A DNA stretch of 64,000 nt from Anthoceros angustus (taxonomy: Eukaryota > Plantae > Anthocerotophyta): NCBI GenBank assembly GCA_010909165.1, contig VJWM01000205.1, forward strand, positions 124,001-188,000, read 5' to 3'. The notes beneath the pieces were generated by a model. It saw only the letters and a list, made by a program, of their open reading frames with translations, was not told the origin of the DNA and made no database searches. The position numbers were made by a program, and so were the translations under genes. Position 1 is the stretch's first letter. Each line of letters begins with the position of its first letter. Positions 48,284 to 59,185 of the stretch are shown in pieces.

Positions 48284-48599
48284 AAATCTGCGGGAGACAG
48301 TACCTTCCTCCAGGTTCTTGAGGGCATCCCAAACGGGAAGCCCCAACCTGCGGCCTTGTCCAAGCAATCCGTGACCTGAAAGCCGCCGGTGGTCGGAGCG
48401 GTACAGATGTGAACACCTCGCCCTTCACCTCAGGTTCATCATCTGCACTGACAGACCTGATACTGTTCGAGTTTGGCAGCACCCTGGTAAACCTGCCGGG
48501 ACAACGTTTTGGCACATTGGGTAACTCATAAACTCTACTGTTTGCATCAGGCTCTCAGCCTGTCGTTCATAGCACCCGGACTCGCTTGCCGCACCCCTG

Positions 48600-49000
48600 T
48601 AACCCTAGATAAGGGTTCAGTTCCGTTAGGCGTGCATGGAGGGTGTTAGCTGTTAGTTTGCAATCCGGTGAGAAAGACTTAGCAGTTACCTGAGGTCAGT
48701 TTGCCTCCATATTCAGAAACCCAACTTGATAAAGTCCTAGGCAGCTTTGGGCAGACACCAAGGCATACAAGGTCATCGTCGAGGTTACCTTACCCTCAAG
48801 TGTCGGCACCAGGCCCAAGTCCTTCATCATACCACTGTAAGTCCACAACCCTCGCGCCTGGGAACGGGTGAACTTGGAGGCCGAGTTCAAGAATACTCCG
48901 ATGCTGTGCTTCACGAAGGAGTAATGTACGTTGGTCCATGTGGTTCTGGAGACCTGCTTTCGTTTTCGATCCACGAATGACCCGAAGACAGTTCCAGGTT
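48600..49000 (+). pseudogene. Possible decayed F-box-associated (FBA/kelch-type) gene fragment
   Basis: VCNPVRKT*QLP, DTKAYKVIV and YSDAVLHEGVMY..DLLSF occur in shifting frames. Confidence 0.35.
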
Positions 49001-49101
49001 TGGCCATCGCAGCAGATTGCAGCTGGGTTTGCAAGCTTGCAGTTGGAGTGTTGAGGACCGAAATGACTTAGGAGAGGAAAGGAAGGATATGGTACTTACC
49101 C

Positions 49102-51870
49102 TTACGTGGGCCTCTGCGGATGCTTCTCATCGCCAACCAGAAAACTATGCACCAGTCCATCGTCGTCTGTCCACCAGCTCTGACCCGGCTGCTTCAATGC
49201 CAGGATTCTTTTTCTCTTATCCTGCATCAACCGGGCCTGCTCCCACATCTGGGCACCAGTGTATATCGCGGACATCAACACATATGCTACAGCATCTCTC
49301 TTGTCCAGCTTCAGTGCTTGGTCAAAAGCATGGCGTCCCACCTCCACATTGCACCACTTTCGACAAGCACTCAATAGAGTGTGCCAAATTGCAGCATTAG
49401 GAGATGCAAGCATCGCCCGTAATAGAGCTAGGGCCTCATCCAGTTGTCCTGCACGACCCAGGAGATCCACCATGCATGAGTAGTGGTCCTCGGTCGGAGT
49501 GATGCCGTGGTGCTTGCTCATTGCCTCGAAGTACTCCCAACCTTTGTTCACCAGACCCGCATGACTGCACACTGTTAGAACACTAACGAATGTGATGCCA
49601 ACAGGCTGTATTCCATCCTCTCTCATTCTCTCAACCAAGGAGAAGACCACTTCACTGTCTCCTTGGCAGCTGTACCCTGCGATCAGTGCATTCCAGGCAC
49701 CAATCTCTCTTTCGAACAGCGAATCAAACGCCCGCTGTGCATCCACCATGCTCCCACATTTCCCGTACATGTTAATCAAACTGCCGGCCACAAACTTGTC
49801 AGCTTCGAGGCCTCGCTCTTTAATCTGTGCGTGCAGCTGCCTTCCCAAATGCAAAGCTGCCACATTTGCACAAGCCTGCAGAAGGCACACAAATGTCACG
49901 GAATTGGGTACAGCGATCCCTTCCTTTTGCATGACACTGTAGAGACGCAGCGCTTCCTGCCCCATGCCCTGCTGAGAATACCCTGCTATCATGGCGCTCC
50001 ATGTCACCACATCTTTCTGACCAAGTCCGTCAAACACTCTCTGAGCATCTTCCAAGCTGCCACACTTTGCATACATGTTCATCAAACTGCTGCCTACGAG
50101 GACATCAAATTCGAGTCCTTGCTGTCTAATTTGCTCATGAAGCTGCTTCCCCATCCCCAAAGCTTGGGTGCCCACACTGGCACATGCCTGCAAGAGGCAC
50201 ACAAGTGTCACGGAATCAGGTACAGCGATGCCTTCTTCTTGCATAACACTGAAGAGATGAAGGGCTTCCTGGCCCATGCCCTGCTGGGAATAACCTGCGA
50301 TCAAGGCATTCCATGTCACCACATCTTTTTTAACAAGTCCGTCAAACGCACTCTGAGCATCTTCCAAGCTGCCACATTTCGCATACATGTTCACCAAACT
50401 GCTGCCTACAAACCTATCAGCTTGGTATCCTTGTTCCCTGATTTGCGCATGAAGCTGCTTCCCCATCTCCAAAGCTGCGGAGCCCACACGTGCACATGCC
50501 TGCAGAAGGCACACAAATGTCACGGAATCGGGTACAGTGATGCCTTCTTCTTGCATAGCACTGTAGAGACGAAGAGCTTTTTGCCCCATCCCCTGCTGAG
50601 CATACCCTGCTATCATGGCAGTCCATGTAACCAAACTCGTCTTACCAAGTCCGTCAAAAACTCTTTGAGCATCTTCCAAGCTGCCACACTTTGCATACAT
50701 GGTCACCAAGCTGCTGGCCACAGATACATCACCATGATGTCCTCGTTCTCTAATTTGTGCATGAAGCTGCTTCCCCGTCTCCAAGGCTTGGGTGCCCACG
50801 CTTGCACATGCCTGCAAGAGGCACAGAAATGTCACAGAATCAGGTACAGCCATGCCGTCTTTGAGCATAAAACTGTAGAGACGCAGGGCTTCATGGCCCA
50901 TGCCTGCCTGGGAATACCCTGCTATCAGGGCATTCCACGTGACCAGATCCTTTCGAACCAGTCCATCAAACACTCTCTGAGCATCTCCCAAGCTGCCACA
51001 CTTTGCATACATGTTCACCAAACTGCTGCCTACGAACAAATCAGCCTGATGTCCTTGTTCTCTGATTTGCGCATGAAGCTCCTTCCCTTCTGCCAAAGCT
51101 GGGGCGCCCACACTTGCACATGCCTGCAGCAGGCACACAAAGGTTACGGAATCAGGTACAGCAATGCCTTCTTCCTGCATAGCATTGTACAACCGAAGGG
51201 CTTCCTGCCCCATACCCTGCTTGGAGTATCCTGCAATAAGAGCATTCCACGTCACCGCATCCTTCTGACTCATTCCCTCAAACACTGTCTGAGCATCCTC
51301 CAAGCTGCCACACTTTGCGTACATGTTCACCAAACAATTACAGACAAACAAATCAGGCTGAATGCCACCGGCCAGCATTTCAGCATGCACCTGCTGCCCA
51401 GTTTTCAAGTCTGCCCCCCTCGCACAAGCCTGAATGGCAGCCACAAACACGTGGCTGTCCGGCTTCACACCTGACCTGCGCATCCGATGATACAGTTCTA
51501 TGGCCTGAATTTCCCGTCCTTGCTTCACATGCGCGCATATCATGGCAGACCAGGTGAAGGCATCTGGCTCCGCAACCGCTGAGAACACATCCATCGCGTC
51601 TTGCAACCTGCCATGAGAGGCGTACATCCGCAGGATGTGGAAGCCCAGGAACGTGTCTGACTGGTACCCCGTCTTCACCGAGAATGCATGCACCCGACTA
51701 CCCAAAACAAGATCCTTCCTCACAACACACTTCTTCAAGACAGCATAAATCAAAGACTTGGAAACACAACACTCTGTCTGCACCAGAACTCCCAAAGCCT
51801 CCACAGCCATGGCGAGATGGTCATCATAACACAGCCTGCTCACGGTTTCAGCCGTCACGCCCATCCCCAT
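49102..51870 (-). CDS. PLS-class PPR protein (~23 PPR motifs, E1, E2, WW-type PG box), ending before the DYW deaminase core
   Basis: P-L-S triplets (TWNALIAGY / TFVCLLQAC / LVNMYAKCGS), P2-L2-S2, E1-E2, then KQPGQSWWTD..VHSFLVGDEKHPQ and stop. First in-frame ATG is at 51870; the true start is uncertain. Confidence 0.93.
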   Translation of the reverse strand: MGMGVTAETVSRLCYDDHLAMAVEALGVLVQTECCVSKSLIYAVLKKCVVRKDLVLGSRVHAFSVKTGYQSDTFLGFHILRMYASHGRLQDAMDVFSAVAEPDAFTWSAMICAHVKQGREIQAIELYHRMRRSGVKPDSHVFVAAIQACARGADLKTGQQVHAEMLAGGIQPDLFVCNCLVNMYAKCGSLEDAQTVFEGMSQKDAVTWNALIAGYSKQGMGQEALRLYNAMQEEGIAVPDSVTFVCLLQACASVGAPALAEGKELHAQIREQGHQADLFVGSSLVNMYAKCGSLGDAQRVFDGLVRKDLVTWNALIAGYSQAGMGHEALRLYSFMLKDGMAVPDSVTFLCLLQACASVGTQALETGKQLHAQIRERGHHGDVSVASSLVTMYAKCGSLEDAQRVFDGLGKTSLVTWTAMIAGYAQQGMGQKALRLYSAMQEEGITVPDSVTFVCLLQACARVGSAALEMGKQLHAQIREQGYQADRFVGSSLVNMYAKCGSLEDAQSAFDGLVKKDVVTWNALIAGYSQQGMGQEALHLFSVMQEEGIAVPDSVTLVCLLQACASVGTQALGMGKQLHEQIRQQGLEFDVLVGSSLMNMYAKCGSLEDAQRVFDGLGQKDVVTWSAMIAGYSQQGMGQEALRLYSVMQKEGIAVPNSVTFVCLLQACANVAALHLGRQLHAQIKERGLEADKFVAGSLINMYGKCGSMVDAQRAFDSLFEREIGAWNALIAGYSCQGDSEVVFSLVERMREDGIQPVGITFVSVLTVCSHAGLVNKGWEYFEAMSKHHGITPTEDHYSCMVDLLGRAGQLDEALALLRAMLASPNAAIWHTLLSACRKWCNVEVGRHAFDQALKLDKRDAVAYVLMSAIYTGAQMWEQARLMQDKRKRILALKQPGQSWWTDDDGLVHSFLVGDEKHPQRPT

Positions 51871-52409
51871 ACCCTCAGCAGCAACGTCCAGATCCACCGT
51901 TCTTGCTTCCTTGAAGGCAGCCACCGGAAGGCAACATCAACGTGAGAAGCTGAAAACGGGGTGACAGGTGTTAAGATCGGCACAAAGTAGCTTAGCTTGA
52001 CGGAGGTTTGATTATCTGGTAATACCATCAGTTCCTCCCATTTCCAAAAATGCTTTTGACAAGTTTCCCGGGTGACCGTCTGTGTCATAGTCCGGGCGCT
52101 CTCGTTCACCGGCTGCAGCCATAAGGACACCGTCGTTAGCCAAACGTTAGTCGAAACTCTCCTTACGGTCACTCCAGCCCACCATGATGTCAATCAACAC
52201 AAGCTTTCCTCACGCTACAAAAGGATGAATCCATGGCACATCCCAAGAAAGCAGACACATCTGCAGCAGCCGCTTGCGACTTTCATTCACACCTCACACA
52301 CACAGCTGATAGAGCTGAGCATTGTGTGAACTCGGAGGGACTGTAGAGCTCTGCATTGAATTCTTGAAATTGAATTGCATCTTGAGATTGTTGAAAGAGC
52401 AGGGCAGCC

Positions 52410-52790
52410 ATGGTCGTGACATTGGCTGTGGAGATTGGAGTAGCGATTGCGGTGCCTTCCCAGTGGTGGGAGAAACGATATGGAGGTGCTGGGCCACTTC
52501 GAGACCGGGGATGTGGAGGCGTTCGGGATGAAGAGATCCTGCAAGTACGGCAATGTGTTCAAGTCGTACATGTTCGGGACACCGTATGTGTTTTTCCGGG
52601 CGCCGAGGCGGCCAAGCTGCTAAGCACGAGCGAGGACAAGCTAGTGGAGGCGCACCAGTTTCTTCCAGCGAGGAAGCTGCTGGGCGAGGAGTCCCTGCTC
52701 AATGTGCACGGCGCCAAGCACAAATCACCACAAAATGTTCAACGAAACCTTCATGGGCGAGAGCATCAGGAAGTCCCTGCCGGTGGTGGA
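52410..52790 (+). pseudogene. Truncated, frameshifted duplicate of exon 1 of the P450 at 59186
   Basis: High nucleotide identity to 59186-59665 with deletions (KYGNVFKSYMFGTPYVF, AAKLLSTSEDKLV, NVHGAKH). Confidence 0.9.
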
Positions 52791-54128
52791 CCGATTGGCC
52801 CTTTTTGGAGTTGGAAAGGGATGTTAGTCGTTTTAGAGTCACAGTCTAGGCAATTCATAGGCTTATCCAAATAGTCGAAATTATACTACCATGAATTCCG
52901 TAAGTAAGCAACCACTTCGAGGAAGAGTATTGGGATGTGGGGTTTCTTTGGAGCCTTGCTTGACTTCTTTATTTACACAGAGAGTTTGTGTCAGGTGTTT
53001 GTTCTATTTGAGACCAGAAAATTATGTCAGGTGTTTGTTCTATTTGAGACCAGAAAATTATTTGAACTATAGTCTTGCGCTTTTCCCCTACCTATTTAGA
53101 GCTAACTCCTTGAGGTTCTTTGAAATACAAACTTTATTCACTAGGTGATGAACCTCAGAACATCCAATACCTCACCTTAGCACATGTCACCAGAACTCCA
53201 ACAATAAGGCATACCCGATTCACATTGTAGACAACAAAGCGCATTATGTATGCGACCATGATGGCAATGATTTTGTCATTCTTAGTACCCGTTATAGCTT
53301 TGCTTGTTATATTTTTTTGTAAAATAATTCAAATTATACTTAAAAGAATACAACAGATAATGACCTAAGGTCAAAAGGCCTTTTCTTCTTATATTACTTG
53401 CCGAACTAAATCAGCTCCCAAGATCCATTGGGCTATACTACATTTGGTAATGCAAGAAGGGGATACCATAGATGCATAACTACATAGCAATTCTTACATA
53501 AGTAGAAAAATCTAAATTTTTGAATGGATATAATGGATGGTCCAAAAGCCCTATCTTATTTGTCCAAATGGCCTAGGCCAAATGGACACACATTTATAAG
53601 AAGGCCGTTATTAAGCATCCTGCGCTCGATACTTAGATGGGGTGCCTATAGGGAGTGAATGCCCTTGATGCAAGTAGCTTAGGCAACCATAGTACTTAGA
53701 TGGGGTGCCTAGAGGGATTGAATGCCTTCGATGGAAGTAGGTTAGGCAACCATAGTACAGGTTGTTAAGTCCAAGTCCCATGTTAGGAAAAATCCTTCTA
53801 AGTGAACTGTAATAAACTTCTCCTTCTTCTTCTTCTAAGCCAAGGAAGTCTTAATTTAGCAAATATTTATTTAGTTATTTTTTATTTTATTCCTTCTAAG
53901 TGAACTATAATAGACTTCTTCTTCTTCTAAGCCAAGGATATCTTAATTTAGCAAAGATTTATTTACTTATATATTTAATTTTTGGTAGATCAGTACCAAA
54001 GTCCAAGGAGATGGTAGTCTATATATGGATGTCAAAGTAGAGTTTATTATCACAATGAGTGGTTTCACTCCTTGTGGAATTTTAGCACTTGTACAACAGC
54101 AATCAACTAGTTTGACAAGCTGTATACA

Positions 54129-54581
54129 ATGGTAGGAGGATCTACATCTATGGACTTCTTCAAGAGGGTGAGGAGTCTTAAAAACAAGATATTTGATAAG
54201 CATAGCAACGGAGGTGATATTGGTTACATATCCTTGGCGAATGGTGGCATGAAACCAAAAAAAGGGCACATGTTTGTCGACATCGGGGATGATAGAATTC
54301 CGTTCCTTCTTTCAGTTGAGGAGTTCAACCATTCCTTGATGAGACCCTTATTAGATTATTCGGAGGCTAAGTTTGGTTTTCACCAAAAAGGGAACATCTG
54401 TATTCCTTGTGATGTGGAGGTGTTCAAGCAAGTGCTAGGATATATCAGGAGTAAATATGTGAAGAGAATACTACCTTCACACTATCAAATCATTCTTCAT
54501 TGGATCTGCTGCGACCATAAGATTGCTTTATGTCAAAGGTGTTTAGAGGTGAACCCTATAATGAAAACAATAATAGAGTGA
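54129..54581 (+). CDS. SAUR: SAUR (small auxin-up RNA)-like protein, divergent, possibly a pseudogene
   Basis: PKKGHMFVDIG...F...FNHSLMRPLLDYSEAKFGFHQKGNICIPCDVEVFKQVL fits the SAUR core. Intronless. Confidence 0.75.
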   Translation: MVGGSTSMDFFKRVRSLKNKIFDKHSNGGDIGYISLANGGMKPKKGHMFVDIGDDRIPFLLSVEEFNHSLMRPLLDYSEAKFGFHQKGNICIPCDVEVFKQVLGYIRSKYVKRILPSHYQIILHWICCDHKIALCQRCLEVNPIMKTIIE

Positions 54582-55289
54582 ATCCATTTAGATTGCTTTA
54601 TGTCAGAGGTGCTTAGAGGAGAAACCTAAAAGTGAAAATGATAGTCAAGTGAATCCATGTAGATTCGAATATTAATGTTATAGAACCTGAAATTTGGCAC
54701 TTTACTTTATCAAGAGTAATAGGCCTGCGCAACCAATAAATGAGGCAATATCCACACAAATTCATAATTCCCTAAAAGTGGAAATAAAAGTAGAAAGTGC
54801 ACTAATCTACGATGATGGTAGGATATTATTCAATTTTTGAACGATTTGGCTGAAAAGGAAGGTTAGGCCTCCAAGTTCCAACCCACCTTTTTTCGTCTCT
54901 CTTTGATATGAAGTCTTTGGCTGCCCAAGCTACATTTCCCTACATTGGGATATAGTTCTAGTTACTTTACAATTGGAATGTCCATGTGGTGCTTTGCTAC
55001 CTCATATGAAGAGATTTTTCATTAGTATTTTATGTTGCCCTAGTATCCAGGGCTTGTGGTTTTGCCTTGTTCCATTTCGGGGCCTGTAATTTGGAGGATA
55101 AGAAGTAACTTGTGTTGAGGAAAGTTTTACTTTCACATATAAGAGGAATACCAACCTTTTGATGCACTATGAGGAAATTCATACCAAAACAACCGCTTGG
55201 AGGTAATCCAATGATTCATGTGATACATGAAAGTTTGTAGGACATAATTACCAATGCTAGCTCTTGCTCACTATGTATAACCTCCAACA

Positions 55290-55680
55290 ATACAATAATG
55301 ATTCATGACTAACCAACAAGACTTGAAAGTTTGTAACACAAAATAACCAAACTCCGTTCACAATCCAATGATGATTTATGATAAACTGACAAGATTTGAA
55401 AGTTTTCGGTACAAATAACCAACCCCTTCCAGACAATCCAATAATAATTCATCTCCAACCAGGGAGACTTGAAAATTTGTAGTACAAAATAACCAACCAC
55501 ATCGAGGCAATCCAAGATTCATGACTCAAAACACTTAAAAGTTTGTAATACAAAATAACCATCCCGTCCAAGCAATCCAAGATTCATGACTAAAGACACT
55601 TGAAAGTTTGTAGTACAGAATAACCAACCCCGGTAATGTGATTCACGACTGAAGACACTTGAAAGTTTGTAGTGCAAAAG
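55290..55680 (+). repeat. Degenerate ~60-75-bp tandem repeats (ACTTGAAAGTTTGTA..CAAAATAACCA)
   Basis: About six copies visible. Other local duplications at 52989-53061, 53630-53757, 53793-53965 and 55888-56300. Confidence 0.8.
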
Positions 55681-57468
55681 TGGATGGTTTCATACGGGCA
55701 CATACCCACCTTTCTTCAATCTCATATGAGTATCAAGTGCGAGGATGCAAGATGTGGATGGTACAATAGTGCGTTACATCGCAAGCCTCACGCTCTAAGA
55801 CAATAGTTCAACTTCAACCTAAAGCTAACATGCTCCATATATTGTTTAATCCCTTACTACACACAAAAGCACGTAAGGTTACAGTCCATTCCCCTCGGCG
55901 GTCGAAAACAAGTTAAGGTTGACGCCATTTGAGACAAAGCACACACCTCGCTATTAACTTCTATGAAACCGAACTCCATAAATATATACACATATTGTAC
56001 CTAATATCACAAATTCCCCTGGGCGGTCGAAAACAAGTCAAGGTCAACGCCATTTGAGACAAAGCACACACCTCGCTATTAACTTCTATGAAACCGAACT
56101 CCATAAGTGTATACACATATTGTACCTAATATCACAAAATTTCAGCACACAACTGCATACTACGTATGACCCTTGGAAGCATGCAAGTACCAACCCCACT
56201 CCATAAGTATATATACACATATTGTACCTAATATCACAAAATTTGAGCACACAACTGCATACTACGTATGACCCTTGGAAGCATGCAAGTACCAACCTCG
56301 CACCTACATAATCAATCACTCAAAACTCATCTTGTAACCGTTATTTTTCTATTTTAAACTGTTATTTCTCAAAAAATATTTTGTACTTTATTTTAATTTT
56401 TTAATTTATATTTAATTTATTTTTCCTTTACCAAACTCTTGAGTTTTTTATTTCTATCTCTATTTTAATCATGCCATTGTTTAGTTATAATTCCAGAAAA
56501 AGCCAGGCACCGCGTACAATAGAAGGGAGGGTGGAAACAAGGCTTGGACCGGGAGACCCAAAGGGACGAGGACTAAGGTTCTTGTACCCGTCTTCTTCTA
56601 GGCCACCTGACGTTCTACCTTCCCTACTACCGTACCCCGAGGGGTGGTTCAACAGGATAATGCCGAAATAATTATTTTTTGAAAAAAATAAGGTTCAACA
56701 TAAATATTTACATTTTTTAAAATTTCAACATTTACAAAAAATAATTTTATCAAATTTCAACATTCATTAAAATACATAGGTATATATATAAAACTAATGG
56801 ATAATTATAGACCTCCCCTAAATAGGCCCTAATTTTCCACACAAACCCTAATTTCTTTATTTTCGGCATCATAAACTCATAAATTTTTACTTATTCAACA
56901 TTTCAAGTATAATAATATCTAGATTTTTAACTTTTACTAATTTTAATTAATTAACGTCGAATCACCCCTTGGGGTACGGTAATTAGGTTGAGTTACGATA
57001 ATTTTAACCCCTAAATTGTAGAACACCCTGGGTGCCCCGAGGGAGAGACCCGCCCCGTGTTACAAACTCTGAATCGATCAATCAATCAATCCATCAATCA
57101 ATCAATCTCCAACCCTAGGGCCGGTAAATTAAATATGTACGATGCTGGACCGCCTACCTTCGTCGTTGATAACCAGCTTTGGGCCACCGTCGGAACTTCT
57201 GCCCCTTATGAGGGGCCCGTCCTGTCCTCCTCAAGGCCCGTCCTGCCCTCTCGACTCAGTTAAATCAAACATGTACTATGGTAGACCGTCCGCCTTCGCC
57301 GTTGATAACCAGCTTTGGGGTAGAAGTTCCACCAACTTAAGGCCACCGTCGGAACCTGTGCCCATCTTGTCTTTTCAGGTCATTGCTACGTGAAGTACTC
57401 CTCCTGTTCTTATAAGAAAAATTAATGCATCCTTCTTAGGTTTGTTTTGGTTCCCCCGGGAAGGGGTG

Positions 57469-57665
57469 TGGGGTGCGCCAGGCAATGGAAGTAGTGCAAA
57501 TCCAAAGCGACGCGCGTGGGGCCGAGTCAGCAAGCTAACTCGCGTGGCTCCACCCCCTCAAGAAATAAGATTAATATCATGTGAGTCGATGACCCACGTA
57601 TCAGACATTAAACTGATAAGAACAGATACTACACTTGATCTTAGCCAAAAGGCCGAGAAAGGTAT
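57469..57665 (-). ncRNA. U2: U2 spliceosomal snRNA
   Basis: Reverse strand reads ATACCTTTCTCGGCCTTTTGGCTAAGATCAAGTGTAGTATCTGTTCTTATCAGTTTAAT. It contains the branch-site element GUAGUA, an Sm site AUUUCUUG and a TTGCACTA loop IV. About 197 nt. Confidence 0.97.
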
Positions 57666-57725
57666 GACATCAATCAGCCAGAACCGAGTACTTGTATCGT
57701 CTCAAGGCGTCTTTTTTTTCTTACT

Positions 57726-57735
57726 CAATATGGGC
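57726..57735 (-). promoter_or_regulatory. USE-like snRNA promoter element (GCCCATATTG) at about -61 to -70 of U2
   Basis: Resembles the plant USE consensus RTCCCACATCG at about the expected distance. TATA-like TACAAGTA near -30. Confidence 0.5.
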
Positions 57736-58389
57736 TATATGTTTCTGAACTTGGAAGCGGACAAGGAAATCAATGTGAAGTTGTGTCTCCTCCTCTTGGA
57801 CCAGTCCCACATGAAGCTGTTGATTTGATCCCATTCAAGGTCCAAGGTTTCAAGTTTTATTAACGTCTCGCGCGAAGAACTCATTCGAGGGAGCTGTTCA
57901 AGAAGCTGTGTATCAACGTGTTCTTCACCTCCTCGTCCTGTTGTTCGTCCTCTTAAGTCCAGAGAACGCGGCTACAAAGTTTGTCCCAAAGTCGCGGCTA
58001 CTTTCCTCGCTGGACAAGTCTGGCCAGCATAAGTTAGATATGTTTGCCAGATGCGTATTCAGACTAGGAGATACCACTGGTAATGACAGGCACGATGCTC
58101 TCAGTGTTCGGTTTGCTGGACCGGAAAGGTCTCGGAGAAAGGAATGGAGGCAGTGCATGAAATTGTCTACATACCTATACAATCTGAAGACGGATGAAAT
58201 GATGCACTTTCATGAGTGGAAGTACAGTTGTGGTGTGGCCTGCATTACCACTGCATCCATTGATGCAGCGTCCCATGGCTGTCTGGGGTGTGTTAATCTG
58301 TCTTCTACGAAGAGCTCCTGCTCACCTGAGTGTAAGGAGCCAACCGAGGTGGAGCACCTTGGCTAGAAAGCCAGCTCCCCCAAGAGAGC

Positions 58390-58610
58390 TCTCTGCAGGC
58401 ATGTGCAATTGTAGGTACCCAACCCATGGAGAAGGGCAAGAGATCAAGTCGGAGAACAAGGAGGTGAAACTGATCTGTTTACACCAAACAGAAATTGTTG
58501 AACATGAACGCAAAGGGTGGCAGCTTGCAAGAGGCTCGGGGTGTTTTTGAACCTTGGTGAGAAGGATATGGTGACATGGAATGCCATGGAAGCAGCATAT
58601 TCCCATCAGG
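58390..58610 (+). pseudogene. Decayed PLS-PPR fragment related to the 49-52 kb PPR
   Basis: QACAIVGTQPMEKG, GGSLQEARGVFE and DMVTWNAM, with frameshifts. Confidence 0.7.
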
Positions 58611-58658
58611 GAATGTGACTGGCATCACTGTTTAGGGAATTTTATACGTAATGCAAAT

Positions 58659-58739
58659 GTCTGGAGTGCCCGAGTGGTCTAGGGTGCCAGACTTTCATAC
58701 CCTTGAAGGGGGTCGTGGGTTCGCATCCCACTCTTGTGG
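58659..58739 (+). pseudogene. tRNA-Leu-derived pseudogene or SINE-head-like relic
   Basis: GTCTGGAGTGCCCGAGTGGTCTAGGGTGCCAGACT...GTGGGTTCGCATCCCACT keeps A and B boxes and a T arm. The anticodon arm and acceptor stem are broken. Confidence 0.65.
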
Positions 58740-59185
58740 TCTGTGTTGCCGCTGGTTAGCGAAAGGAGTGTTCATCGAAAATGTTTGGCTACAACAAGGC
58801 TGAATTAGATTGAGGCTCCAATTCATAATTTTGCAGTCATGGTTGGCTTCGGATGTTCCAGGAAACTGACCCAATACTCGGTTGTAGTTTCCCAGTTGAC
58901 AGGCCCGACCGACCTCAGGCTCATAACATGTGGTCCTGTAGTTCAGCGGCCGCAGCCGTCAGGAAACCGGCAGCTTTCTGAAATTGGTTAGCCTGGCCTC
59001 TCCATCCGTCCACCGGCTTACAGTAAGTCCCGGCTACAAAAGGATGTCGCGATCCGAGTCCCTCAGCAACGTTAACGCAGTCGTGAGGGAGATCCATCTG
59101 CGCTGTTCCAACAGTAAGCACGCAGTGCATCCTGTGGACGTCGAGACTGTAGCTACATCTGCATTGCATTGTCAAAGAAGCAACC

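Noticed and set aside
49663-51474. 603-aa + strand ORF
   Set aside because: Antisense shadow of the repetitive PPR coding sequence.
57003-57015. TTAACCCCTAA as the partner piggyBac end
   Set aside because: Same orientation as the 25552 motif, and similarity stops after about 11 nt.
57442-57828. 128-aa ORF containing MTHVSDIKLIRTDTTLDLSQKAEK
   Set aside because: This is the antisense translation of U2 snRNA, a familiar spurious protein.
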